From Alphaproteobacteria bacterium (GTDB lineage: Bacteria > Pseudomonadota > Alphaproteobacteria > CAAHEQ01 > UBA3637), in NCBI GenBank assembly GCA_045655105.1, contig JAZOOQ010000056.1, positions 75,389 to 139,388 of the forward strand: 64,000 nt of DNA, given 5' to 3'. Below the pieces are notes generated by a model. That model saw nothing but the letters and a program-made list of their open reading frames with translations. It searched no databases and had not been told where the DNA came from. Shown here piece by piece: positions 46,723 to 56,622 of this stretch. The position numbers and the translations under genes were made by a program. Each line of letters starts with the position of its first letter. Within the stretch, counting starts at the first letter, position 1.

Positions 46723-47181
46723 GTGACACTTAAATTTACATTACAGCCCCCTGAGGTAACAAAAGCACTTCGAAAAGAATTTGATCGAAGAGATATGAAT
46801 CATAAATTTGTTAAATGGCTTTATCGTAAAGGTTTTTTAGATCAATATAAAGATGTGATCAGTTTAGAGCGTGCCAAGCGTGGTAAAATCCCTCATGGAT
46901 TTGATGTGCATCATATTTTACCTCTTTCAGGTGGAGGAAATAACCATGTTTCAAATTTTTGTTTGATAGAAAAATCATTGCATAAATTTATTAATAAAAA
47001 ATGCTTTGAACCAGCGCTTCGCCATATTAAAATTGGCGAATCTGTTGATATTGAAATTCCTGATTTTCCAAAGGTTGCTTTAAGACGGGATTATAATGGA
47101 TTTATTGACCAAAAGTTAAAGCATTCGAGAGATAGGCAAAAATTTTATCAATATTTAAAACGTTGGCAAAAAGGAAAATAA
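46723..47181 (+). CDS. HNH-motif protein (putative nuclease)
   Basis: 152 aa from GTG 46723, 1 nt after the recG stop. FDVHHILPLSGGGNNHVSNFCLIEKSLHKFIN fits the HNH beta-beta-alpha pattern (HH ... N ... H). Confidence 0.55.
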   Translation: MTLKFTLQPPEVTKALRKEFDRRDMNHKFVKWLYRKGFLDQYKDVISLERAKRGKIPHGFDVHHILPLSGGGNNHVSNFCLIEKSLHKFINKKCFEPALRHIKIGESVDIEIPDFPKVALRRDYNGFIDQKLKHSRDRQKFYQYLKRWQKGK

Positions 47182-47183
47182 GT

Positions 47184-47567
47184 TTAAAGCCTTGTTTGAA
47201 GATAAGTATAAATTTCTTTATATTGATCTTTTGTTAAGTTATAATAAGATTGATAGTTAAATGCTTTTCTTAATTCTGCGTGAATGGAATTAGGGTGCCT
47301 TTTTTCTTTTAATGCAATTTGCTTAATTAATTTTTTATATGTCAATTTTTCAACGGGAGATATAGTGATATATTCAACTTTGCTTGAGGTCAAATTCGAT
47401 TTGGCTTGAAATGAAGAGTATGCAAAACAACATAAAAAACCTGCAAAAAAAATAAAACTTAATAAACTTATTATTAAAAAAAGTTTTTTATATTTGTGAG
47501 GCTTTTTGTTTGAATTTGCATATACTGCTTGATTAAACAGATAGGTGATTTCATTATCGATATTCAT
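47184..47567 (-). CDS. single-pass membrane protein, unknown function (co-transcribed with the XRE regulator)
   Basis: 127 aa. TM LFLIISLLSFIFFAGFLCCFAY. 10-nt gap after the XRE gene. Confidence 0.45.
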   Translation of the reverse strand: MNIDNEITYLFNQAVYANSNKKPHKYKKLFLIISLLSFIFFAGFLCCFAYSSFQAKSNLTSSKVEYITISPVEKLTYKKLIKQIALKEKRHPNSIHAELRKAFNYQSYYNLTKDQYKEIYTYLQTRL

Positions 47568-47577
47568 GGTAAAATGC

Positions 47578-48006
47578 TTAAGCTGTTTTTTTTGTTATCA
47601 GATCCATTATTATATCTTGTATATTTTGAGAAGAGTTATCGTTTGAAGGATGTTTTGAAAATTTTTCATAAAGGAGTAAAATAAGTTTAGCCTTTTGTTC
47701 GGGCGAAAAATGAAGTTTTTTTTCAATTATTAACTTTTCTATTGAAATTATAATCGAAGTTAATCTGTTTTTATCAAAAGGTTCTCCTTTAGGTTGAAAT
47801 TCAGAAGGTAATAAATCCCATTTTGAAATATTTAAAACCTTTGAAATAGAAAGAATTTTATCCAAAGGAATAGGATACCCTTTCTCATACCTATCCCAAT
47901 GTTGTTGACTCACTCCAATTTTTTCAGCCAAAGCTTTTTGGGAAAGACCAAGAGCTATTCTTTTGTTTTTTAAGAGGGAAGGTTGAATAAATTCATTCTT
48001 TTTCAT
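47578..48006 (-). CDS. XRE-family helix-turn-helix transcriptional regulator
   Basis: 142 aa. LKNKRIALGLSQKALAEKIGVSQQHWDRYEKG is a canonical Cro/C1-type HTH. C-terminal about 70 aa unassigned. Confidence 0.8.
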   Translation of the reverse strand: MKKNEFIQPSLLKNKRIALGLSQKALAEKIGVSQQHWDRYEKGYPIPLDKILSISKVLNISKWDLLPSEFQPKGEPFDKNRLTSIIISIEKLIIEKKLHFSPEQKAKLILLLYEKFSKHPSNDNSSQNIQDIIMDLITKKTA

Positions 48007-48012
48007 AGTGTT

Positions 48013-48040
48013 ATTATATCAAAAAAAATGATTTTGTCTA
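48013..48040 (-). promoter_or_regulatory. candidate promoter of the XRE gene (would give a leaderless or near-leaderless mRNA)
   Basis: On the minus strand: TAGACA (48040-48035), 16-nt spacer, TATAAT (48018-48013). The -10 element ends 6 nt before the ATG at 48006. Confidence 0.4.
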
Positions 48041-48053
48041 TAGGATTTTTTTG

Positions 48054-48082
48054 TTGACATTACACATTTTATGTGTTACATA
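48054..48082 (+). promoter_or_regulatory. candidate divergent promoter with an embedded palindromic operator
   Basis: TTGACA (48054-48059), 17-nt spacer, TACATA (48077-48082). The spacer contains the perfect inverted repeat acacat-ttt-atgtgt (48062-48076). Confidence 0.4.
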
Positions 48083-48145
48083 CCCAATTATGGGAAAAGT
48101 TGAATTTTTATTTTAATTTTTTTGTTTTAATTGAAAGGAAATTTT

Positions 48146-48349
48146 ATGTCAAAATTAACAGATAGCAATATTTTGAGCGCACTTCAAGAAGGAAAAACAA
48201 TAGATTTAAATGGAAATATTTTATTGCGTGAATTATTAGAAGGAAGTGAAGGGGTTCTTTATGCATTATATCAAGAAGAAAGTTTATGGAAGCCTTATTC
48301 ACCTAAAGTTTATGATTTAATGCAATCAACTTGGACAATAAAAAAATAA
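48146..48349 (+). CDS. small hypothetical protein
   Basis: 67 aa from ATG 48146 (RBS aaagga). No motif recognised. Confidence 0.4.
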   Translation: MSKLTDSNILSALQEGKTIDLNGNILLRELLEGSEGVLYALYQEESLWKPYSPKVYDLMQSTWTIKK

Positions 48350-48405
48350 TATCTTTACTCTTGAAAAACTTTTTAATACATGTAACATTAAAAGGGGAGG
48401 TGCAA

Positions 48406-49695
48406 ATGGATATTATTGGCATTATGACGGGTAATTCTTTAGATGCTTGTGATTTAGTTTTAACAAGATTCAATCAGGATAAGATGCAAGATTTGGCATT
48501 TGCATCATTTGCTATTTCAAAGAGCCTTCAAAAAGATATTTCTCGTTTGAAAAAGAAAGTTCAAAGTAAAGAAATTTCTCTTGAAAATATATCATCAGAC
48601 TCATTTTTTATTCAAGTTCATAATAGATATATCAAATGGGTAGCAACTTCAGTAAAAAAATTTTTAAAGCAAAATTCTTTAACAAGAAGGGATATTGATT
48701 TAATTGGGTTTCATGGTCAAACATTGGATCATAATCCACCAAGTGTTGCCTCTTCTTTTGATGAAGTTTACACGCTTCAAATGGGATCTGGTGATTATTT
48801 AAGCGATTTAATAAAAATTCCGGTTATTTCGGATTTTAGATCTGATGATATTATGCATAAAGGAGAAGGGGCTCCTTTAATACCGCCTCATAATGAACAT
48901 TTTGCACAAATGTTGAAATTAGATGATTGCATTTTTTATAATGCAGGAAATACCTCTAATTTAGCGGTGATTCAAAATAAAAAAGTGATCCAAGGATTTG
49001 ATAGTGGCCCTTTTAATGAATTTAGCGATTATTTGGTTCGTTACTACAAAAAAGCATCTTATGATAAGGATACTTGTTGGGGGATAAAAGGGAAGTTAGA
49101 TTTTGAGTTGTTGGATACTCTTTTTCAAAAAGCAGCTCTTTTAAAAACAAATAAAAATTTCTTTTTATTGGCGCCACCTAAATCAGCTGATCCTTCTTTA
49201 TATGGATTTAAATATCAGTTAAAACCAAAAAATGATGTCGAATTTTATCAAATGCTTCATACGGTTCAATATTTTGCAGGGTATATAGCTGCATATTCAT
49301 TAAAATATATTCAAAGTAAACAATTGCCAAGCACCTTTGTTTTATTTGGTGGAGGCTGGAAAAATAAAGTTTCACTTCAAGCTTTTTCAAATTTATTAGT
49401 AGGTAATGGTTTTGAACTTTCTGATCATCAAACAGATTTTAAAGAAATTCGTTCCAGATTATCAAGTTCCCCTAAAATTTTAATGCCTGAAGGAGCTGAT
49501 TATATGGAAGCAAGATTAATGGCTGATTTAGCTTATTTTTTTGAGATGAAAAAGCCATGGACTGACTTTAATTTAACTGGTATTCAAAATCAGGTTGTGT
49601 TGGGTAAAAAATCACAACCTGATTCTTCAAGAAAAACTTATGCAGATTTAGTTTCCAGAGCCAATAAAGGCTGGCAACGCTTTTTAAAGCAATAA
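48406..49695 (+). CDS. anmK: anhydro-N-acetylmuramic acid kinase
   Basis: GIMTGNSLDACD (compare GVMSGTSLDGVD in E. coli AnmK), GFHGQT, SDFRSDDIMHKGEGAPLIP (compare DFRRRDIALGGQGAPLVP). ATG 48406 with ggggagg RBS. Confidence 0.8.
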   Translation: MDIIGIMTGNSLDACDLVLTRFNQDKMQDLAFASFAISKSLQKDISRLKKKVQSKEISLENISSDSFFIQVHNRYIKWVATSVKKFLKQNSLTRRDIDLIGFHGQTLDHNPPSVASSFDEVYTLQMGSGDYLSDLIKIPVISDFRSDDIMHKGEGAPLIPPHNEHFAQMLKLDDCIFYNAGNTSNLAVIQNKKVIQGFDSGPFNEFSDYLVRYYKKASYDKDTCWGIKGKLDFELLDTLFQKAALLKTNKNFFLLAPPKSADPSLYGFKYQLKPKNDVEFYQMLHTVQYFAGYIAAYSLKYIQSKQLPSTFVLFGGGWKNKVSLQAFSNLLVGNGFELSDHQTDFKEIRSRLSSSPKILMPEGADYMEARLMADLAYFFEMKKPWTDFNLTGIQNQVVLGKKSQPDSSRKTYADLVSRANKGWQRFLKQ

Positions 49696-50952
49696 TCCTG
49701 CAATGGCAGCAGAAACATAAGATGTTAATGTGCCGCAAAGTAAGGCTTTATAGCAAAGTTTTGCTAAGTCTTGTCTGCGAGAGGGCTCTAATTCTCCAAT
49801 ACCTCCAATTTGCATAGCAATTGATCCAAAATTAGCAAATCCACATAATGCAAATGAAGCGATAATCATCCCTTTATCTGAAAGAGGAGTTGTTAAATTT
49901 GTAAGATTTAGATAAGCAATAAATTCGTTAAACACTAATTTTTCGCCCATGAGTGAACCCACTGTGAAAATTTCATTAACTGGAACGCCAAGTAATAAGG
50001 CAATTCCAGAAAATATAACGCCTAAAATTCCACTTAAAGAAAGTTCTTTAATATTTAAAGCACCAATGTGAGCAGGAACATTTAAAACATCAACAAGAAA
50101 TGAACCAAATAAGCCTAAACAATAATCAAATAAAGCAATTAAGGCGATTAATCCAATAATCATTGCAATGATGTTTAAGGCAACTTTTAGACCCGTTGAT
50201 GCACCAGAGGCAATCGCATCGATTAGGTTAATCCCTGTATGTTGATTATTTAAAGAAAGTTCTTGGTCAGGATTAATTTTTTCTGTTTCTGGATAAACAA
50301 TTTTTGAAATAACCAATGCGCCTGGAGCCGCCATAAAACTAGCGGCTAATAAATATTCTGCAGGAACACCCATTCCAATATAAACAGCCATAATGCTACC
50401 AGAAATACAAGCAAGAGATCCTGTCATGGATGCAAGTAATTGGGAAAGAGACATTTTTTTGAGGTGAGGTTGAATAAGCATTTGAGCTTCAACTTGTCCA
50501 ATAAATGCACTGGCAATATTTGAAATGGCTTCGGCTCCTGTGATATTCATTAGTTTATACATGCCTTTTCCACAAAACAAAATGATACGTTGCATAATGC
50601 CATAGTAATAGAGAACATTGACCAAAACCATCACAAAAATTAAAACAGGAATAAGTGTGAGTGCAAAAATAAAATCAGCCCCAGGTCCCAAAACTTCAGT
50701 TAGTTTTTGAGGTCTATCCGTTAAAAATCCAAACACAAAATTTCCACCATTTGCGGCAAAAGTAAGGATTTGTTGAATGCCATTTCCAAGTGATTTGAAA
50801 ATGCTTTGCCCTACTGATGTTTTTAAAATAAAAAAGGCTAAAATAAATTGAAGGGAAAGACCAACAATAACCGTTCTGTAATTAATGTTTTTTTTGTTAT
50901 TAGAAATAAGATAACAAAAAATAAGAATAAAAATAATACCTAAAATACCCAT
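49684..50952 (-). CDS. NupC/CNT-family concentrative nucleoside transporter
   Basis: 422 aa, polytopic. N-terminal pattern (NRKxINxRTVxxGLxLQFxLAxFxLKT) and overall layout typical of NupC. Confidence 0.8.
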   Translation of the reverse strand: MGILGIIFILIFCYLISNNKKNINYRTVIVGLSLQFILAFFILKTSVGQSIFKSLGNGIQQILTFAANGGNFVFGFLTDRPQKLTEVLGPGADFIFALTLIPVLIFVMVLVNVLYYYGIMQRIILFCGKGMYKLMNITGAEAISNIASAFIGQVEAQMLIQPHLKKMSLSQLLASMTGSLACISGSIMAVYIGMGVPAEYLLAASFMAAPGALVISKIVYPETEKINPDQELSLNNQHTGINLIDAIASGASTGLKVALNIIAMIIGLIALIALFDYCLGLFGSFLVDVLNVPAHIGALNIKELSLSGILGVIFSGIALLLGVPVNEIFTVGSLMGEKLVFNEFIAYLNLTNLTTPLSDKGMIIASFALCGFANFGSIAMQIGGIGELEPSRRQDLAKLCYKALLCGTLTSYVSAAIAGLLL

Positions 50953-50967
50953 TTAAAAATCCCATTT

Positions 50968-51867
50968 TTAAAATTTACGAACATTTATTTTTTTAAGAGT
51001 GTCAATCCAATTATCTTTTTCTTTTGCAGGAAGTTTTTTATAATTGAATTGAGCGATGCAAAATCCTTGAGGTGCTGGAAAAATATGTCCAATAATTTGC
51101 AATTTTTTTTCATGCAAATTCACTTCGTATAATCTTGAAATATCTGTTTTAAAAATGGTATCCATATCAGCATTGTTTCGTCTATAGTTGCTGGCCATCC
51201 ATTCATTGATTTTATTGAAATGATCATTATCTTGTTTTGGTGTATAGGAACAAGTTAAATCTAAAATTTGACTCCATTTCCCGCTTCTATAATTTTCGGA
51301 TTTTAAACCATAAACTACGTGAATGGCGCTTTCTTTTTTTTCAACAAGAGCAACGCGCCATTTTTCCATATCTAATGGAGTTAAAATATTTGAAAGAATT
51401 TTTTCTTTTTCGCGTTCCGTAACACTCCATTCATCTTTTTGTTTTTCTTTAAGTTCGTTTATCTTTTTATCATATTTTTTTGCTTCTTTTTTAGGAAGAA
51501 TATCTGTAGCTTGCAAGTAATAAGAAAGTGCTTCGGAATTATTTTGTTGTGTTTCATAATATTCAGCCAATAAGATATATGCATTCCATTCGGAAGGGAA
51601 TTTTTGAATTGCTTCACGATACATATTCACCCCTTTTGTTGGCTCATCATTTAAGATATAGCTTAAGCCCAGCATGCAGTAAGATTTATAAAGTGAGGGA
51701 TCATAAGTCAGGGAGTTTTCAAAAGCAAAGACAGCTTTTTGAAATTCCCTATTATTATAGGCTTTCATACCTGCATTATAGGCTGCTTCTCCTTCGTTAA
51801 ACGCAAAAGTTGGTTGAGAAAATAATAAAAACAATCCAGTTAATACGGAAAGAAATTTAAATGACAT
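50968..51867 (-). CDS. secreted TPR-repeat protein
   Basis: Signal peptide MSFKFLSVLTGLFLLFSQPTFA and at least three TPR-like units (AYNAGMKAYNNREFQKAVFAFENSL ... YKSYCMLGLSY ... AYILLAEYYETQQNNSEALSYYLQA). Confidence 0.7.
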   Translation of the reverse strand: MSFKFLSVLTGLFLLFSQPTFAFNEGEAAYNAGMKAYNNREFQKAVFAFENSLTYDPSLYKSYCMLGLSYILNDEPTKGVNMYREAIQKFPSEWNAYILLAEYYETQQNNSEALSYYLQATDILPKKEAKKYDKKINELKEKQKDEWSVTEREKEKILSNILTPLDMEKWRVALVEKKESAIHVVYGLKSENYRSGKWSQILDLTCSYTPKQDNDHFNKINEWMASNYRRNNADMDTIFKTDISRLYEVNLHEKKLQIIGHIFPAPQGFCIAQFNYKKLPAKEKDNWIDTLKKINVRKF

Positions 51868-51892
51868 TTTTAAACCTCATTTTACTTTTTAA

Positions 51893-52498
51893 TTATTTCT
51901 TTTTTGATTTTTTATTTGCTGCAGCATCTAATCTGTTTTGAACTTTTTCAATAACCGAAAACAAATCTTCTGGAGAATTTGCAAAATCAATAAAATCTGT
52001 TTTATCTTGGTTTAGTGTCCCATCTTGAAGCATTTTAAATAATAATGCACCTAAAGGAGCCCAAAAATTATTAAAATTTAGGAAAATAAGAGGTTTTTTA
52101 GGTATTTCACCTGTTTGAATTGAAACAGCAAAGTCGGATATTTCATCCATGGTTCCCCACCCACCAGGGCCAGCTAAAATCACTTCGCCTAAATCCATCA
52201 TTTTTCTTTTGCGTTCAGCTAAATTATCAACAACTTCAATTTCGCCTTTTTTAAATAAATTTGGATTTTTGCATTGTAAATCTAAAAGTTTTTGTGTTGT
52301 GATTCCAATCACTTTTCCTTTTTTACTGCGAACCCCTTGAAAGGCGGCCCCCATCATTCCTTCATCACCAATTCCATAAACCATGGTGATTTTTTTCTTG
52401 GCTAATAATTGGCCAACTTCAAACATAGGTTCGCGATAAACTTCAGCAATAGTTGGTGCTGCACCGGCCCAAACAGTTATTCTTTTATATTTTTTCAT
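51893..52498 (-). CDS. LOG-family nucleotide 5'-monophosphate nucleosidase (TIGR00730-type Rossmann protein)
   Basis: 201 aa. VYGIGDEGMMGA and the hallmark GPGGWGTMDEI (PGGxGTxxE) motif. Confidence 0.85.
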   Translation of the reverse strand: MKKYKRITVWAGAAPTIAEVYREPMFEVGQLLAKKKITMVYGIGDEGMMGAAFQGVRSKKGKVIGITTQKLLDLQCKNPNLFKKGEIEVVDNLAERKRKMMDLGEVILAGPGGWGTMDEISDFAVSIQTGEIPKKPLIFLNFNNFWAPLGALLFKMLQDGTLNQDKTDFIDFANSPEDLFSVIEKVQNRLDAAANKKSKKK

Positions 52499-52560
52499 GT
52501 CTCACCTATTTTTTTTATGAATAATGATTTTATTATACGTTCTTTTTTGGAAACTGCAAT

Positions 52561-52590
52561 AAAAAAAGCCGTTTGAAAACGGCTTTTTCT
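52561..52590 (-). terminator. rho-independent terminator after the secA-pilin unit
   Basis: aaagccgtt (52565-52573) pairs with aacggcttt (52578-52586) around a 4-nt loop. A T-run follows on the minus strand. Confidence 0.65.
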
Positions 52591-52591
52591 T

Positions 52592-52996
52592 TTATCTTGC
52601 TTTTCGACCAATTTTTAATTGAAGAACGCAATTTATCTGTTGACCTTTTACGGAAAAATCATTTGTGTTACTTTTTACATATTGGCTACTGAAACTTCTA
52701 AATCCTTGTAAATCACCAAAGGCAGTGTCATAGTTTTTAAAACACACAATACCGCTTTCAGATAAAGCCATATCGATCTGACCAACTGTATCCATGCCAG
52801 CTGCAGCGAGCGAAGAAAAGCTTTTACCACCGGTTCCTTGACCTGCAAGATTGATGGCCGTATTTAATATTTTGGAATAATTAATACGTTTCATTGCTAA
52901 AGTATATCCAGCATAACCACCAATAGATAAAATGCCAATAATAGCTAGAACAGCAAGCATTTCAACCATTGAACGACCTGATTCATTTTTTTTCAT
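52592..52996 (-). CDS. type IV pilin/pseudopilin-like protein, second copy (G|RSMVEM)
   Basis: MKKNESG|RSMVEMLAVLAIIGILSIGG. Two C-terminal Cys (CFKNYD ... NCVL) suit a pilin D-region disulfide. It starts 19 nt after the secA stop with no intervening hairpin. Confidence 0.75.
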   Translation of the reverse strand: MKKNESGRSMVEMLAVLAIIGILSIGGYAGYTLAMKRINYSKILNTAINLAGQGTGGKSFSSLAAAGMDTVGQIDMALSESGIVCFKNYDTAFGDLQGFRSFSSQYVKSNTNDFSVKGQQINCVLQLKIGRKAR

Positions 52997-53015
52997 TTTT
53001 TTGCCCTTTCATCAA

Positions 53016-55640
53016 TTAAGCAATTGTGCCGCAGCAGTGTTTGAATTTTTTTCCAGATCCACAAGGACAAGGAGCATTTCTTGAGATTTGGCCTTCTGGA
53101 GTTGAAAATGGATCTTGTGTTGTTGGATCAACTGGATTTGGATGTGTTTCTTTTAAATCCTGATTATTTCTTTCTTGAAGTTGAAATTGCATTTGTGAGA
53201 TAATTTCAGTTACTTGAGTTCTTACTTTTGTGAGTAATGTTTCAAATAAAATGAAAGCTTCTCGTTTATATTCATTTAATGGATTTTTTTGACCATAAGC
53301 CCTTAAGTTAATAGCTGTTTTCATGAAATCTAATGTATGCAAATGTTCTTTCCAACATTGGTCAATTGTTTGAATTAAAATGCTCTTTTCAAGATTGATT
53401 CTTAAATCTTCTGGTAAAATAGCCATTTTTGTGTCAATTGCTTGTTCCACTAATTCACATGTGCGTTCAACAAGAACTTCAGGTGTAACACCTGGATCAT
53501 TAACCCAAGAATTAAATGGGGCTTCCACATTAAATTTCTTTAAAACAGCTTGAGTTAATTCCTCTTTATTCCAATCAGATGGAACAGAGCGAGGAGGGGC
53601 TAATTCAAAGATAAGATTTTCAATAGTGTCTAAGCGCATTTCTTTTAATGTATTTGAAACGCTTGGCGCTAACATTAATTCTTTTCGTTGTTCATAAATA
53701 GCAGAACGTTGATCATTCATCACATCATCAAATTTAAGCAAGTTTTTACGCACATCAAAGTGATATGTTTCAACTTTCTTTTGGGCAACAGCTAAAGCTT
53801 TTGTGATATAATTATGAGTGATTGGTTCGCCTCTTTTAAGGCCTAATCTTGTTAAAATATTTTGAATGCGTTCTGCACCAAAAATGCGCATTAAATCATC
53901 TTCAAGTGAAACATAGAATTTGGATAATCCAGGATCGCCTTGACGACCAGAGCGCCCGCGTAACTGATTATCAATACGGCGACTTTCATGGCGTTCTGAA
54001 CCTAAAACAAATAATCCACCAGCAGCCAAAACTTGTTCTTTTTTCTGAGCTACTTCTGCTTTAATTTTTTCTAAAAGAGCTTCTTTATTTGCTGTTGGAT
54101 CTTTTTCAAGGGCTTCATGTAAAAGCATTTCAACGTTGCCCCCTAATTGGATATCCGTTCCACGGCCAGCCATGTTGGTTGCAATTGTAACGGCACCAGG
54201 TGCCCCAGCTTGCGCAATAATTTTAGCTTCTTGTTCATGATGGCGCGCATTTAACACATTGAATGAAATGTTTGTTTTTTTCTTCATCAAGTCAGCTAAA
54301 ATTTCTGATTTTTCAATAGATCCTGTGCCGATTAAAACAGGCTGCCCTTTTTCATGAGCTTTTTTAACATCTTCAATAATAGCTTCATATTTTTCTTCAG
54401 CTGTTCGATAAATTACATCATTTTCATCAACACGTTGAGGTGTTTTATTTGTTGGCACTTCAACAACTTGTAAATGATAAATATCATCAAATTCAGCTGC
54501 TTCTGTCATCGCGGTTCCAGTCATACCTGCTAATTTTGGATACATTCTGAAATAGTTTTGGAATGTAACAGAAGCCAGTGTTTGGTTTTCTGGTTGAATA
54601 GTAACGCCTTCTTTTGCTTCGATTGCTTGATGTAACCCATCAGAATAACGGCGCCCATTCATCATACGGCCAGTGAATTCATCAATGATAATCACTTGGT
54701 CATCTTTAACGATATAATCTTTATCTTTTGTAAACAAAGTGTTTGCACGCAAAGCTTGATCAATATGATGAACAAATGCAATATTTTGAGGATCATAAAG
54801 ATTACTTTGAATAAGACCTGCATCTAACAACAATTGTTCAACATATTCGGTTCCCAATTCAGTTAAAGAAACCGTGCGGTGTTTTTCATCTTTTTCATAA
54901 TGTTCTGGACGAACAGTTTTAACAAGTTTATCAACGCTGATATATCGTTCAGATGAGTTTTCTGCTGGGCCTGAAATAATTAAAGGTGTTCTCGCTTCAT
55001 CAATTAAAATTGAGTCAACTTCATCAACAATGGCATAATAAAATGGGCGTTGAACCATTTCTTTAATTTCAAAACGCATATTATCGCGCAAATAATCAAA
55101 TCCAAGCTCATTATTTGTTGCATAAGTGATATCTGAATTATAGGCGGCTCTTCTTTCGTTTTGTTCCATATCGTGAGTGATACAGCCAACAGTTAAACCT
55201 AAAAAGCGATAGATTTGACCCATCCATTCGCTATCGCGTTTTGCCAAATAATCATTAACCGTAACAACATGAACCCCTTTACCCGTTAAAGCATTTAAAT
55301 AAACAGGCATTGTGGCAACAAGCGTTTTTCCTTCCCCTGTGCGCATTTCGGCAATTTGACCATTATTTAAGATGATGCCCCCTAATAATTGAACATCAAA
55401 TGGGCGAAGACCTAAAACACGTTTTGCGCCTTCTCTAACGCTTGCAAAAGCTTCTGGTAAAATGCTTTCTAAACTTTCTCCGTTTTGAATTCTTGTTTTA
55501 TATTCTTGAGTTTTATCTCTTAATTGATCATCACTTAATAATTCATATGATGCTTCCAATTCATTGATTTTTGAAATTGTTTTTTTAAATTTTTTGAGAT
55601 ATCTGTCGTTTGCCGACCCGAAAATACTTTTTAAAAACAT
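53016..55640 (-). CDS. secA: preprotein translocase ATPase SecA
   Basis: 874 aa. [40 protein letters not shown]-terminal zinc motif [14 protein letters not shown]. Confidence 0.95.
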   Translation of the reverse strand: MFLKSIFGSANDRYLKKFKKTISKINELEASYELLSDDQLRDKTQEYKTRIQNGESLESILPEAFASVREGAKRVLGLRPFDVQLLGGIILNNGQIAEMRTGEGKTLVATMPVYLNALTGKGVHVVTVNDYLAKRDSEWMGQIYRFLGLTVGCITHDMEQNERRAAYNSDITYATNNELGFDYLRDNMRFEIKEMVQRPFYYAIVDEVDSILIDEARTPLIISGPAENSSERYISVDKLVKTVRPEHYEKDEKHRTVSLTELGTEYVEQLLLDAGLIQSNLYDPQNIAFVHHIDQALRANTLFTKDKDYIVKDDQVIIIDEFTGRMMNGRRYSDGLHQAIEAKEGVTIQPENQTLASVTFQNYFRMYPKLAGMTGTAMTEAAEFDDIYHLQVVEVPTNKTPQRVDENDVIYRTAEEKYEAIIEDVKKAHEKGQPVLIGTGSIEKSEILADLMKKKTNISFNVLNARHHEQEAKIIAQAGAPGAVTIATNMAGRGTDIQLGGNVEMLLHEALEKDPTANKEALLEKIKAEVAQKKEQVLAAGGLFVLGSERHESRRIDNQLRGRSGRQGDPGLSKFYVSLEDDLMRIFGAERIQNILTRLGLKRGEPITHNYITKALAVAQKKVETYHFDVRKNLLKFDDVMNDQRSAIYEQRKELMLAPSVSNTLKEMRLDTIENLIFELAPPRSVPSDWNKEELTQAVLKKFNVEAPFNSWVNDPGVTPEVLVERTCELVEQAIDTKMAILPEDLRINLEKSILIQTIDQCWKEHLHTLDFMKTAINLRAYGQKNPLNEYKREAFILFETLLTKVRTQVTEIISQMQFQLQERNNQDLKETHPNPVDPTTQDPFSTPEGQISRNAPCPCGSGKKFKHCCGTIA

Positions 55641-55824
55641 AGTGACCCTTTCATCAGCATTTCATCTGTTAATGATTTTTAAATAATGCATTTTTATGCT
55701 AAAGTCAAGGGTTCAAAAATTTTATTGTATGCCATAAAAAAAGATGTTTTTATTATGTTATATTTTTTTATGTGATATATTAGAATAGTTAAATTTTAAA
55801 AAAGAAATTCTTTTAATTTGTTTT

Positions 55825-56619
55825 TTAAGATAATGTATTTGATATTTCTAAAATATCTTTTGTTGCTTGGGATTGTGGTGCAAAGGAAAGCAATGAAGTT
55901 TGTTCTTGAAGGGCTTTTTTAACCATGGAGTCATAATGAATAATCCCGCCAAGTTTTGGTTCAATATGCAAAAAGGTTTTAAGTGCTGTTAAAAATGTTT
56001 GATATGTTTGTTGCCCTTCAGAAATAGTGTCAACCATATTAACTAGGAGTTGAATTTCTTGAGAAGGATCTTCTTTGTTTAAAAGTTGAATAAATTGATA
56101 GGCATCCGTTAAAGAAGATGGCGTATTGGTAATTAAAACAAGGTGTTTTTTTGCGCATTTTGCTAATTGAAGAGTGTTTTCATAAATGCCCGATCCTAAA
56201 TCAATGAGCACTTTATCATAATAGGAAGCTAAAATCAAAAGATCATCCATTAATAATTTGAGTTGAGAAGCGTTTAAATTGGCCAAGGCTTGATCACCAG
56301 AATGACCTGAAATAATATCGCAACCCGTATTTATGTCATGTGTAACAGCTAAGTGAAGTGGATCATTCATTTTTATCACATTATCAAGAGTTTCAGTTGG
56401 AGAAATGTTTAAATGAATATCAATATTTGATAACCCTAAATCGCCATCAAAAAGAAGCACTTTCAGGCCTTGGTTGCTCAATGCATGAGCCAATGTAACG
56501 GCAAGAGTTGTTTTGCCAACACCTCCTTTCCCAGAAGCAATAGAAATAATGTTGTTGCCATTTAAACGATCTTGAATATCTGTTAAAAGTTCTTTGTTTT
56601 GTTGGGTGTTTTCTTGCAT
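55825..56619 (-). CDS. flhG: FlhG/MinD-like ParA-family ATPase
   Basis: 264 aa. Deviant Walker A SGKGGVGKTT. Lies directly downstream of the FlhF-like gene (4-nt gap). Confidence 0.65.
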   Translation of the reverse strand: MQENTQQNKELLTDIQDRLNGNNIISIASGKGGVGKTTLAVTLAHALSNQGLKVLLFDGDLGLSNIDIHLNISPTETLDNVIKMNDPLHLAVTHDINTGCDIISGHSGDQALANLNASQLKLLMDDLLILASYYDKVLIDLGSGIYENTLQLAKCAKKHLVLITNTPSSLTDAYQFIQLLNKEDPSQEIQLLVNMVDTISEGQQTYQTFLTALKTFLHIEPKLGGIIHYDSMVKKALQEQTSLLSFAPQSQATKDILEISNTLS

Positions 56620-56622
56620 TTT

